A DNA stretch of 64,000 nucleotides from a virus (lineage: Duplodnaviria; Heunggongvirae; Uroviricota; Caudoviricetes). The DNA lies in IMG/VR virus record IMGVR_UViG_3300029267_003506; one strand, written 5' to 3'. Below are positions 19,643-28,386 of the stretch, piece by piece (the stretch's first letter is position 1; the number at the start of each line of letters is the position of its first letter). The translations under genes and the position numbers were made by a program. Under the pieces are notes generated by a model. The model was not told the origin of the DNA. It saw only the letters and a program-made list of their open reading frames with translations, and made no database searches.

Positions 19643-20123
19643 ATTTGACCGCAGTCGTCGTTTTTACCTTCGTTGCCTTCTCCAAGATAGCCTTCGCCTC
19701 CGGAGAGTTAACCGCCACTACATCCTGCGCCCTCAGACTCCAGTTTACCTCGTATCCGTAGTTGTTTTCACCGAGAAAGTCCAAAAGGGACTCCATCTTC
19801 CCAGGTGCTACGCGAACAACAACTTGGCTACCGACTGCAGTGCTGAATTTTTCCCCTTCAAAGACGTTCCTGAACCGTTCCTCATCCTCTGCCCCGTCGA
19901 AACCAAGACTCACGGACTTCCGACACGTAACCACCGCGCTGTCGTTCTCTCCGGCTACGCGCACGCTGCTCTCGCCTTCCTCAAAAGAAACAGCGCCTGT
20001 CAATTCCTCCTTAATTTCTTTCAAGCGCGCTTGGTGCTTTTTGCTTTCTGCGTCGAGTTGCGCCCCCTCATCGACCAACCTCGTCACATCATCATCCACA
20101 CTCGCTGTTCTAATTTTCGCCAT
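19632..20123 (-). CDS. hypothetical protein
   Basis: Start MAKIRTAS chosen to limit overlap with the upstream gene. The ORF track extends to 20168. Confidence 0.4.
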   Translation of the reverse strand: MAKIRTASVDDDVTRLVDEGAQLDAESKKHQARLKEIKEELTGAVSFEEGESSVRVAGENDSAVVTCRKSVSLGFDGAEDEERFRNVFEGEKFSTAVGSQVVVRVAPGKMESLLDFLGENNYGYEVNWSLRAQDVVAVNSPEAKAILEKATKVKTTTAVKFEW

Positions 20124-20859
20124 CTCTCTTTGTTGCCTCCCCTTCTTCGTCGATAAATTCGCTGACATCTATCATTCGCACGACCGAGGTACCGTCTTTA
20201 TCCGTCACGTGCCAAGCAGAATCCGCCACTTCATGCATTGCCACGTGGTGCGACAGCATGATAACCTGCAAAGCCAAGCGATGTGAAACGTCGCACATAA
20301 ACTCGGCAACCCTGTCTACGCGCGTCAAATCCATGTGTTTGTAGCACTCATCCAGAATGCAGACGGGATCAGTTTGCCGTGACGCGAGAAGAACCAAAAG
20401 ACGGAGAGGCACGCTGATGGTGTCTGAAACACCGCCGCCAAAACCATCCATCTGCCTCCGGACAGGACCTTGGGGTGTTTCCTTCACCAATTCAATTTCC
20501 ATAAAACTCCGGTTGTTTTTCACGTCGTAAACCAACTCGATGCGATAGGTGTCCCCGTAGATAAACGACAAGGCTTCCGTGACAACATTTTCAATTTGCG
20601 CCTTCATCGCCCCTCGACGACTGTTAGCCACGTTCTCTAGGAACTGTAGGGCTTCTTGTCCCATTTCGAGTTGAGACACGCGCGATTTCACCTTTTCCAC
20701 GTGCTGTGCAATCTGGCGGTCGAGCGTTTGGTTCTCAATCTGAAGCCGGGTCAAAGTCGTCCGTCGCCCTTTGAGAATCCCTTCTACCATTGAAACATCC
20801 ACAAGTTCCGCCTTCCATTTTTCAACCAGCGCACCACTATCAGCGCGTCGCCTTGTCAT
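20110..20859 (-). CDS. coiled-coil plus ABC/SMC-like ATPase C-terminal-half protein (no Walker A); start uncertain
   Basis: Signature-like FGGGVSDT, Walker B CILDE, H-loop IMLSHH. The annotated ATG lies 2 nt downstream of a TATAAT box. Confidence 0.45.
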   Translation of the reverse strand: MTRRRADSGALVEKWKAELVDVSMVEGILKGRRTTLTRLQIENQTLDRQIAQHVEKVKSRVSQLEMGQEALQFLENVANSRRGAMKAQIENVVTEALSFIYGDTYRIELVYDVKNNRSFMEIELVKETPQGPVRRQMDGFGGGVSDTISVPLRLLVLLASRQTDPVCILDECYKHMDLTRVDRVAEFMCDVSHRLALQVIMLSHHVAMHEVADSAWHVTDKDGTSVVRMIDVSEFIDEEGEATKRDGEN

Positions 20860-20860
20860 C

Positions 20861-20870
20861 CATTATACCA
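20861..20870 (-). promoter_or_regulatory. extended -10 element TGGTATAATG overlapping an annotated start
   Basis: TATAAT ends 2 nt before the ATG at 20859. Confidence 0.45.
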
Positions 20871-21031
20871 ACGAAAGAGAAAATTGAGCGAAAAATAAAA
20901 CCGCACGAAAAATTCGCCCGGGAGTGCCCTCTTTCTCGACTTCCGTCACGCCCTATCCTTCTCCTGTAAAGCCACACTAACTTTGTGGTTACGACCAAAT
21001 AGGCTCCCGGCTTGGGATCTGTAGAGGCAAC

Positions 21032-21889
21032 CTAAACAACGACCAATTCGGAAATGCGCTCCGTCACCGTCTTGATTGCATCCTCAATAGTTGCTGAGAT
21101 TTCTTCCGCCTCTTCTCCGAATCCAGTGAGTTCGGAATAGGCTTCCAGCAGTGCGTTCTGTTCGCCAAGTTCCCCGCTTTTCCGCTGGAGGGAACTCTCG
21201 CGTTTGCTGATTTGCGCAACTTGAGACATGATCTTGTTTATCTGGGACGTCACCTCACGCTTTGCGGAGTCCCACAGCCACTCCATCGTCTCGCGGCAGT
21301 CCACCTTTGGCTCATACCAAAGCCGACCGACGCACAATTCCCTCAAAAAAGCATCCATGGACTGCAGGACAGGCAACTTGGAAGCCGGCACAAAGTAGAG
21401 ACCGCCAGTGGGTACAAGCCCAACGCCATTGCAGAAGCGACGCACAACGCGATAGAGAAAACTGCGCAAGTCGTTAGTAGTTAAGCCGTTTTCGTATTTC
21501 TCCTGGTACGTCCAGAAACGCTGCACCATCGCCTCGTTCCCCTCCGCCGTAACGCACCCGCTGTTTTTGTCGAAACGAATGGTCGCACCCTGATGATAGT
21601 AATTGCGGTCATGGCTTTCGTCATGTTGCTCGTCTAGGATACACCAACTTGCTTTTTCGGGGTTATTCGCAACCGAGCGCGTCAGGTGATCACGAAAGCG
21701 CCGATGAGTCTTGGCGGCTTCGTTAGCAGCACGAGCCGTCGCACGTTTCTTGGATGGGATGCAGAGATAGCCAAGGGGAAGATTGTGTTTGGCAGCCGCC
21801 GCCTTGACAAGGTCCGCACTGATTACCGTCGTTGTCAACTGGGCTTTGACCTGGTAGCCAATGATCTCTCCTTCAATCCGCTTAGCCAT
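21032..21889 (-). CDS. hypothetical protein
   Basis: Start MAKRIEGE at 21889 with RBS AAAGGGGAAAC. The ORF track extends to 22024, overlapping the upstream gene. Confidence 0.45.
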   Translation of the reverse strand: MAKRIEGEIIGYQVKAQLTTTVISADLVKAAAAKHNLPLGYLCIPSKKRATARAANEAAKTHRRFRDHLTRSVANNPEKASWCILDEQHDESHDRNYYHQGATIRFDKNSGCVTAEGNEAMVQRFWTYQEKYENGLTTNDLRSFLYRVVRRFCNGVGLVPTGGLYFVPASKLPVLQSMDAFLRELCVGRLWYEPKVDCRETMEWLWDSAKREVTSQINKIMSQVAQISKRESSLQRKSGELGEQNALLEAYSELTGFGEEAEEISATIEDAIKTVTERISELVVV

Positions 21890-22403
21890 TTTGTTTCCCC
21901 TTTCTCTGGTTGCTCTCCTTTCGCTTTTTATCTTTTCGCGCCGTTTTTGATGCTCCGATATTCCTGGCGCGCCCCGAAGAACCGCGACCCCTATTCCTGC
22001 GGGTATTCCGGGGAGGCGCAGCAAACAACGAAAAAAAGATGTGCTGCTTTTCCCGTTCCAACTCCCTCAAGGCGGCGTCTACCCCACTTCCTTTTCCCGA
22101 CGCAGTTTTGAGCGCCTCGAAGAATTCCTCGTCTGTTGGGTCCTCTTCGTCACCGTATACGAAGACCAAAGAAGCGTCTTCCTCCAAGTAAATGACAGAG
22201 TCAGGCTCACGGAAGACGTAGCGAACTTGACCAATTTCAATTTCGATTTGCTTATTCACCACGTCGCGATAGACGCTATCAACCACGCCCTCCACCGGCT
22301 TGTTTGTTCGCGCGCGCGGAAGACGAAAATTCACCATTTTTCCCATCATCTCGTAAATTGCGTATCTGTCTCTCTTCATGATTTCCCCAAGGCTGGAGTT
22401 CAA
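21882..22403 (-). CDS. hypothetical protein with basic C-terminal tail
   Basis: 173-aa ORF. C-terminus rich in R, K and G. Confidence 0.4.
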   Translation of the reverse strand: MNSSLGEIMKRDRYAIYEMMGKMVNFRLPRARTNKPVEGVVDSVYRDVVNKQIEIEIGQVRYVFREPDSVIYLEEDASLVFVYGDEEDPTDEEFFEALKTASGKGSGVDAALRELEREKQHIFFSLFAAPPRNTRRNRGRGSSGRARNIGASKTARKDKKRKESNQRKGKQNG

Positions 22404-23639
22404 TCAAACGTAATCCATGTCGGAATCGTCCGCCGCACTCTTCAGCACGTCAATACCGAAGATTTGCATTGCCTGCTCATTGTACACAGCCAGTTCGCCG
22501 CCGGGAACATTCGGATCTGGACTGTCATCCACAAGTTTCCCAAAGACCGCGTCATGCAACGCCCAAGCGATATCTTCGTCGTATTCCCGGTAGAGGTCGC
22601 AAACGCTCACGATGAGGCGCGTTGAGAATGGGGTTGTCACTTCTCCCTGTCGTTTGAGATTCCGTATGGCGTCACGGAACCGGAGCAACTTGCGGACCAT
22701 GCTGTCATTGCCGATCTTTTCTCGCAAGATCGATTCTTCAGCGCGGCGGTTATACCCGTAGTGAAAAATCGCGTCAATACGGTCAAGGGTACTGTCGTCT
22801 AGTGCGTCTCCCTGCGCCACGTAGCCTGCATCCCGCGTACTGAGGATCCCCCTCCCAATCGTATTGCCCAGCAACACAATCCGGAATCCACTGTGGCTCG
22901 TTACTACCCGAGCGCCATCAGCGTCAACCCGGATCTGCCGCCGTGGACTGAAGTTGTCAAGCAGGTTATTCAACCCTATGGCAATCCAACTCGGTATCAT
23001 CGGAAATTCGTCAACAACCAGGAGGGCTGGATTCCCAACTTCGTTGCCTTTTTCGTCAAGACCGCACTTCATGGCGCGGATGACAGGTCCTTCGAGAAAT
23101 TTGATGATACTCTGTTCCGTCTTCTCGTCTACCTCAATGGTTTTCTCGCCAATAAACGAAGCGGTGTCCATGTCCCGCTTGCAGTTGATGAGTTCTAGTT
23201 CCATGTTCAATTCTTCAGCCATCAGCCGCATATGTGTGGTCTTCCCACACCCGGTCGGACCCACGCCGCACACCACCAAGGACGAAGGGCTCTGAATGAG
23301 TTTTTTCATGCGCTGATGCAGGCGTGGCTTGATGTAGGTGTGCTGAATCTTCTTTTTGGACGTCCTTTTCTTGCCTCGTTCTTTTTGTCGCCCCTCTGAG
23401 TGAGTTCCCGAGATGGCAAAGAGCCGGACAGTTTTCGTCGTGTCGTAAATGTCCACAACGATGCTGTCTGCCCCTTTGACAAGACAGCGACGAACTTTGG
23501 ATTTCCGGAGTACGTCAAAGTGGTCGGCAACAACAGGATCGTCCCACCCCACCTCAACAGTTCCGTGTTCAGCAACGAGTTTTTTGACTGCCTCGACTAC
23601 TCGTTGCTCCTCATCTGTAAGACTGGCTTTTGTGGGCAT
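22404..23639 (-). CDS. AAA+ ATPase, MoxR/CbbQ-like (AAA_5-type)
   Basis: Walker A VVCGVGPTGCGKTT. Walker B LLVVDEFPM. Sensor-1-like RIVLLGNT. Confidence 0.75.
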   Translation of the reverse strand: MPTKASLTDEEQRVVEAVKKLVAEHGTVEVGWDDPVVADHFDVLRKSKVRRCLVKGADSIVVDIYDTTKTVRLFAISGTHSEGRQKERGKKRTSKKKIQHTYIKPRLHQRMKKLIQSPSSLVVCGVGPTGCGKTTHMRLMAEELNMELELINCKRDMDTASFIGEKTIEVDEKTEQSIIKFLEGPVIRAMKCGLDEKGNEVGNPALLVVDEFPMIPSWIAIGLNNLLDNFSPRRQIRVDADGARVVTSHSGFRIVLLGNTIGRGILSTRDAGYVAQGDALDDSTLDRIDAIFHYGYNRRAEESILREKIGNDSMVRKLLRFRDAIRNLKRQGEVTTPFSTRLIVSVCDLYREYDEDIAWALHDAVFGKLVDDSPDPNVPGGELAVYNEQAMQIFGIDVLKSAADDSDMDYV

Positions 23640-23670
23640 CTCGTTCCCTTCTCTTGAGTGCGCCTACATC

Positions 23671-23683
23671 TATAACCGGTCTC
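23671..23683 (-). promoter_or_regulatory. conserved phage motif GAGACCGGTTATA(GATG)
   Basis: About 30 nt upstream of the AAA+ gene start (23639). One of 8 copies. Confidence 0.5.
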
Positions 23684-23708
23684 ATTCTCCATTTGCCGCC
23701 CAAAAATC

Positions 23709-24362
23709 TTATTTTTTTCTCTTTTTTGAAAACCTGTCCATGCCGTAGCCTTTTTCCTCGCCAGCATCATTTTTCAATGTCACGATAGCACCCTCTCTTG
23801 CCACCGGAAGATACGACTCTCCCACGGTAAGTTCTCCCGGCTTTCCGTTCGCGTCGATGCAGTACAAAACAGGAAAATCCACTACCGCACCGTCTACTAC
23901 CGCAAGTGAGAATCCGGCAACCGACCTAAATTCCTCTGGATTCCCGTCGATAGAGACGTTGAAATCCTCATCTACGCGACTCACCTTACGCCATTGCCCA
24001 TTCTCTTCGTCGCAGACAACAATCCCCGGTCGCAGATTCGTGGCGTCAAGCAGTTCAATGCAATCACCGCCAAAATATCCGTATCCGGCAACCTCCAAAA
24101 ACTGTCCATCTACGCCCGTTATGGACAACACCTCTCCAGCGTCAAAGTTGCCATCCTCGCACACCCAGACCCCATAGACGGTCATCACCCTCTCGAAACA
24201 CCGGTCACTGTATTTCATCTTCAAACGCTCGTCGTTATCATCTACAATCATGAACCTATCGTCTGTTTTCGCGTCTGTTTCCATCTCATCTTTTACCGCG
24301 TAGATACGACCTACTGTAAACTCGCCTTCGGTCGTAAGCGCGGTACATCGCATGAACTTCAT
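23709..24362 (-). CDS. hypothetical protein
   Basis: 217-aa ORF. Confidence 0.45.
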   Translation of the reverse strand: MKFMRCTALTTEGEFTVGRIYAVKDEMETDAKTDDRFMIVDDNDERLKMKYSDRCFERVMTVYGVWVCEDGNFDAGEVLSITGVDGQFLEVAGYGYFGGDCIELLDATNLRPGIVVCDEENGQWRKVSRVDEDFNVSIDGNPEEFRSVAGFSLAVVDGAVVDFPVLYCIDANGKPGELTVGESYLPVAREGAIVTLKNDAGEEKGYGMDRFSKKRKK

Positions 24363-24748
24363 TTCGGCTCCCCTGCTGCTTCAAACTGTTCCCAATCGCA
24401 ATCAACCGGAACACCCTGGTTATCGGTTACTCGCAAATACTCTTCATCGTCATCATAGTAAAAAGCGGCATCGTAGACCGCTCCCACAGTGAACCTTTCC
24501 GCGATGCCTTCGTTGTTGATGCAGCGCACTCGTCTATCTACCATATTTCTTTCAAAATGAGGGCAGCCAACGGGTCTCCTTTCGCCCGCAGAGTACGCGC
24601 GGCAATGCTCGCCCGATTCACTCTTCGCCCAATTCCGGCAGTCAGGACAATTAGACTCGAAACCACATCGCTCTGCCAGGTTCGTGGCTTCGCGCTTCTT
24701 ATGTCTCCGGCGGGCAATTTCTTTGAGTTTTCTTGCACCTGTGCTCAT
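24359..24748 (-). CDS. Zn-ribbon hypothetical protein
   Basis: CPDCRNW...CPHF... Cys cluster. Confidence 0.45.
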   Translation of the reverse strand: MSTGARKLKEIARRRHKKREATNLAERCGFESNCPDCRNWAKSESGEHCRAYSAGERRPVGCPHFERNMVDRRVRCINNEGIAERFTVGAVYDAAFYYDDDEEYLRVTDNQGVPVDCDWEQFEAAGEPK

Positions 24749-25314
24749 TCTTCCACCACCACGCGAAAACGGTCACGATAACACTCGATTTCCCTCCCGC
24801 GCTTATCCGAGACCACAAACATCTCCTCGTCAATCTCATTCTCGACCACGTAGGTAACGCCGCTGCTGAAGTTGTCCTCCATCCCCGTGTTGTCAAGACA
24901 CATGACAACTATATCCTCACCATTCTGGGGTACGGGCACAGGTTTCCTGCCAGATAGAACTGCCCCGTCTACTACCGCTTCATTGTTATCCGTTTCGTCG
25001 CTATCCTGCTCTGCCTCAATATCATGTTCCAGGTATTCCGACATACGCGCAAATGTTAGCGGACCATCGTAGTCGGGATCTTCGATGTTCTGATAACCTT
25101 TTTTTATCTTGCTGCGGAACAATTGCAGAGCCTTGTCTTGCGCTTCCTGGAACGTCTGCGTGACGTGCTTAATCTGTTGGTGGAGGGCAGTTCCAGTCCT
25201 TCCCCACTTACCACCAACTCGATATTCACCGTCAGTCACTTTGATGACATAGACGAGATATGTCTTGTTGCTGCTGCCTCCTCTGTAGTGGCATATCTTG
25301 TTAAGCGCCATCAT
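24745..25314 (-). CDS. WGR-domain protein
   Basis: N-terminal KTYLVYVIKVTDGEYRVGGKWGRTGTALHQQ matches the WGR motif (W-G-R). Acidic C-terminus. Confidence 0.5.
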   Translation of the reverse strand: MMALNKICHYRGGSSNKTYLVYVIKVTDGEYRVGGKWGRTGTALHQQIKHVTQTFQEAQDKALQLFRSKIKKGYQNIEDPDYDGPLTFARMSEYLEHDIEAEQDSDETDNNEAVVDGAVLSGRKPVPVPQNGEDIVVMCLDNTGMEDNFSSGVTYVVENEIDEEMFVVSDKRGREIECYRDRFRVVVEE

Positions 25315-25320
25315 GTACTC

Positions 25321-27183
25321 CTACGCCCTGAAACGACCTCTTGTGATGATGTCCGCAAACCGACGGAAGAAATCTTGTCCCATTTGTCGCTCATCTTTCA
25401 GGTAGACAAAATAATCCCTCCCGTAAAACTTCCTCGGTTCTATTGTGCGCACACCGAACCCATATACCTCGACTCCCGCTCTTCGACTGCGCTCACAAAC
25501 GTACTTGAGAAACTGACCCATTTCCTGCTCGTTGTTATGTCCTGCTTCGGGACAACCATCGCTCAAACTGAAAATGATCCTACGGCGCTCTCGGCACGTA
25601 GACAAGCGCGCGACAGCCATCTCAATTGCCTCACAGTCCACATTGTGCTTGAAGGCTGAAATGCGAACTATGCGTGTTTTGACGGCTTCCCATCTCTCGG
25701 TGAAGGTCTTATAAATACGCAACCTGAGAGGGTTTGTTCGATCATAGCCCGGAATTAGTAACTTTCTGGGAATTTCGCCGCCAAAGTATTTCGTGGTACT
25801 TCCGACAATCTCAAAGCGAACCCCCAGTTTGTTCAGGGTCTCCCCCAACGCCGCAACAAGCCGCTGCATGGCGTATCGTGAAGCAGACATCGAAGCGCTT
25901 TCGTCCACAATAATGACTACCGCTGTATCCAATTTCTCACCGTCTCGAACCTGGTAAAAGACCCGTTTGTCCAATCCGGCTGCCGCATCCACAAGCCGCC
26001 GCATGTCAAGTTTTCCGCGTCGCATGTATTGTTCCTTACGAGAGCGACTAAGTGTGCGGAGAGCCTGGTCCAGTGCTCGACTGATACCCATAATGCTGTT
26101 TGCCACTTCTTCGCGGACTGCGTTGAACTGAGCCACACTGGTGCTATCGGGCACCTCGTATGCGTCGTTTTCCCTAATACTGCGATAGCGACGATCTGCC
26201 TCGGGAACTTCGTCGATTTGCGCTTCAAGTTCGCGCCGCAGGAATTCTCCCAGGTCCTCGCCTTCTGCCTCCTTCTCAAGCGCACCAGCAACCTCTTCGT
26301 CTGTTCGATCATCCTTCGTGTTTTCGACCTGTCCACTTGTTTCGTTGTCTGTACTCTCGCCTTCCCTGGGGTCCGCTGTTGCTGTCTCCTTCCCTTGTTG
26401 TCCCTCTTGTTGTCCCTCTTGTTGTCCCTCTTGTTGTCCCTCTTGTTGTCCCTCTTGTTGTCCCTCTTGTTGTCCCTTTTGTTCCCCTTGTTCCCCTTGT
26501 CCTTGCTGCTCTTTCTTTATTGCCTTAATGATGTCGTAAATCTTTCTGGCGATCACCAGGCAATCCCCTGTGGATTCTGCTCCACGCACCTCTTGGTATG
26601 TCTCATAGGCAGCGCTGATGTACTCTGCCGCGAGCCCCTCAGCGCGCCATGCCAACCGCGCCCCCTTGCACATTATCTCCATGGCGCATGCGGCTTCCCA
26701 AAGTGGAATCTCAACGGTTTCCCCACGTTGCACTTGTCCTGCAATTTTCTTGTTGTGGTAGTCCCGGCTCCAGTTGAAAACCACCCGGCAGCCTTCGTAT
26801 TTTCTTGCACCCTTCGCTTCAATTCGGTAATCATCCAGAGAATTCAAAATTGTCTTCAGAGCCTTGTTCTCACGGATTTCCTCCCACTGAGACTCCGAGA
26901 GATGGCTGTGAGCAATGTGGAGTACCTCGTGATAGTAGTAAGCCCGTGCCAACATAAGATCCTGTAGACCGTTGAGTGGCGGCATGAAAATGGTGCGGGT
27001 TTTCACATTGGCACAAGGGGGATTGCCGGGAGCCACATGCTTGATGGTTACCCTACCGTCCCGGCACATGTGTGGGATGATTACTTTGAGGGCACGCTCG
27101 ACCTCCTGAACGGCTTTGAGTTGTTTTTGCCGCTCAACATAGCGAGCATTCTTCTTGCTGTGTTTCGTCGTTGTGGCGCTCAT
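25321..27183 (-). CDS. zincin-like (HEVLH) N-domain plus vWA domain protein with (QEGQQ)n linker
   Basis: HExxH (YYHEVLHIAHSH). vWA MIDAS VIIVDESASMSAS. Low-complexity QEGQQ repeats. Confidence 0.7.
   Translation of the reverse strand: MSATTTKHSKKNARYVERQKQLKAVQEVERALKVIIPHMCRDGRVTIKHVAPGNPPCANVKTRTIFMPPLNGLQDLMLARAYYYHEVLHIAHSHLSESQWEEIRENKALKTILNSLDDYRIEAKGARKYEGCRVVFNWSRDYHNKKIAGQVQRGETVEIPLWEAACAMEIMCKGARLAWRAEGLAAEYISAAYETYQEVRGAESTGDCLVIARKIYDIIKAIKKEQQGQGEQGEQKGQQEGQQEGQQEGQQEGQQEGQQEGQQGKETATADPREGESTDNETSGQVENTKDDRTDEEVAGALEKEAEGEDLGEFLRRELEAQIDEVPEADRRYRSIRENDAYEVPDSTSVAQFNAVREEVANSIMGISRALDQALRTLSRSRKEQYMRRGKLDMRRLVDAAAGLDKRVFYQVRDGEKLDTAVVIIVDESASMSASRYAMQRLVAALGETLNKLGVRFEIVGSTTKYFGGEIPRKLLIPGYDRTNPLRLRIYKTFTERWEAVKTRIVRISAFKHNVDCEAIEMAVARLSTCRERRRIIFSLSDGCPEAGHNNEQEMGQFLKYVCERSRRAGVEVYGFGVRTIEPRKFYGRDYFVYLKDERQMGQDFFRRFADIITRGRFRA
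26390..26480. repeat. 15-bp tandem repeat (CCCTCTTGTTGTCCC x about 6) encoding (QEGQQ)n
   Basis: Perfect tandem copies inside vWA-zincin gene 25321..27183. Confidence 0.8.
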
Positions 27184-27213
27184 ATTATCGCCCCGGCAAA
27201 GTCCTCTACTTCC

Positions 27214-27226
27214 TATAACCGGTCTC
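27214..27226 (-). promoter_or_regulatory. conserved phage motif GAGACCGGTTATA(GGAAG)
   Basis: 30 nt upstream of the vWA-zincin gene start (27183). Confidence 0.5.
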
Positions 27227-27237
27227 GCGGCGCAGAT

Positions 27238-27558
27238 TCAGTTACTTTTTTCGAATTTCTGGACTAAACCAGACAAGATCTTGGTTTTCGCCTCCACAAT
27301 CACCCCTTCTGGGTCAGGATATCTCAGTTTCACGAGGGTCATTCGCGGCTTTCTGCCTTTTTCTTCCTTGTGACAGTTATCGAAAGACTCCTCGCCGTCC
27401 GCGTTGGTCGCCACCGCCTGCACGCCCACCTCGCCAGTTTCGTACTCGATAATCACCAAAGCCAACTCGTCCCTCATAACCTGTTCCTCAGAATGTAGGG
27501 CTCCGAATAAGCCCACATGCCCGTCTTCTCGTCCTCGGCTTCGGCTTCGCACCACCAC
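27238..27558 (-). CDS. hypothetical protein
   Basis: 106-aa ORF. Confidence 0.3.
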   Translation of the reverse strand: MVVRSRSRGREDGHVGLFGALHSEEQVMRDELALVIIEYETGEVGVQAVATNADGEESFDNCHKEEKGRKPRMTLVKLRYPDPEGVIVEAKTKILSGLVQKFEKSN

Positions 27559-27634
27559 CAGCCCTTGTTGTAGTGTTTCCCTTTCACCACGAAAATAACA
27601 TCAGCACTCGTCTCTCTAAATCGGGTGCCCTCTT

Positions 27635-28057
27635 CTATCTCAGCCACACTCGGACTTTGATCTTTCTGCGCCCCCATTCCTTCGCCTCCTGGTGTGTTCT
27701 AAAACGCACGTCAATTTGCGTCCCTTGAATCGCCCGACCCGTATCATCCGCCCGTATCCACGAGCCATTTCCGTTTGGTCCGCGATTATAACCAGGGATG
27801 TCAAAGTGTGTTCCTAGTGGAAAACCCTCTGGAAACGTCCCCGGGTCAACCGCAACACCAGCCTTATACGCATCGGTGCCTGTAGCCGTCAATCCGTCAG
27901 CGTTTTCTCCGCAGCACTTTTCGCATGGGCAATAAGCCGTCGCCACCACAGTCACATAGACAGCACGACGCTTCTCTTTCGCAACGGTGCTGTTCGTCCC
28001 CAATACAAACGTCAACACGGTGCCAATGATCAGAATTACTCTCCTGGCGTTCCTCAT
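27635..28057 (-). CDS. secreted 3D-domain (MltA/YuiC-like) peptidoglycan hydrolase
   Basis: N-terminal signal/TM segment. TAYCPCEKCCG...AVDP...IPGYN...ADDTGRAIQGTQIDVRFRT matches the 3D-domain pattern, with three conserved Asp. Confidence 0.7.
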   Translation of the reverse strand: MRNARRVILIIGTVLTFVLGTNSTVAKEKRRAVYVTVVATAYCPCEKCCGENADGLTATGTDAYKAGVAVDPGTFPEGFPLGTHFDIPGYNRGPNGNGSWIRADDTGRAIQGTQIDVRFRTHQEAKEWGRRKIKVRVWLR

Positions 28058-28059
28058 GC

Positions 28060-28386
28060 CTAGCGTCCGAACCGGTTACGCAATCGCTCTCGGATAGCCA
28101 ATGGCAGCGACTCGTCATCGCATGCCATCTTGCGACAAGACGGTTTGTCATCGCATGTCGGCTGCCCTTCGTTCGCGAGCATGTCTGCCAGTTCGTGGAC
28201 GCTCTGCGCAGGATTGCCGTCCAAACCAACGCCAGCACTCAAGAGATTGTCAGCCAAACGCCAATACGCCTTCCCGATTCGTCGCAGCAGCCCGATCTCT
28301 GGAACACCCGTGCTGCGGACTTGTTTGATTACTTCGGCGCTCATTTCCCGAATCGCGTTCATTGTCTTTGCTGTCTCATTGTCCAT
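28060..28386 (-). CDS. hypothetical protein
   Basis: 108-aa ORF next to the 3D-domain gene. Confidence 0.4.
   Translation of the reverse strand: MDNETAKTMNAIREMSAEVIKQVRSTGVPEIGLLRRIGKAYWRLADNLLSAGVGLDGNPAQSVHELADMLANEGQPTCDDKPSCRKMACDDESLPLAIRERLRNRFGR

Noticed and set aside
26390-26480. Possible CRISPR array (short perfect direct repeats)
   Set aside because: Repeats are contiguous 15-mers with no spacers and lie inside a coding region encoding (QEGQQ)n. This is a microsatellite, not CRISPR.
26029-26967. Plus-strand ORF 26029..26967 plus 26318..26539 and 26337..26528 (LLLSLLLS, CCPSCCPS and PLVVPLVV runs)
   Set aside because: They are antisense or out-of-frame readings of the 15-bp microsatellite inside the vWA-zincin gene 25321..27183.
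28060-28080. Extra copy of the ACCGGTT-core motif (GAACCGGTTACGCAATCG) on the plus strand
   Set aside because: Flanks diverge from the GAG...ATACAGG consensus and no plus-strand gene follows. Probably a chance occurrence of the palindromic core.
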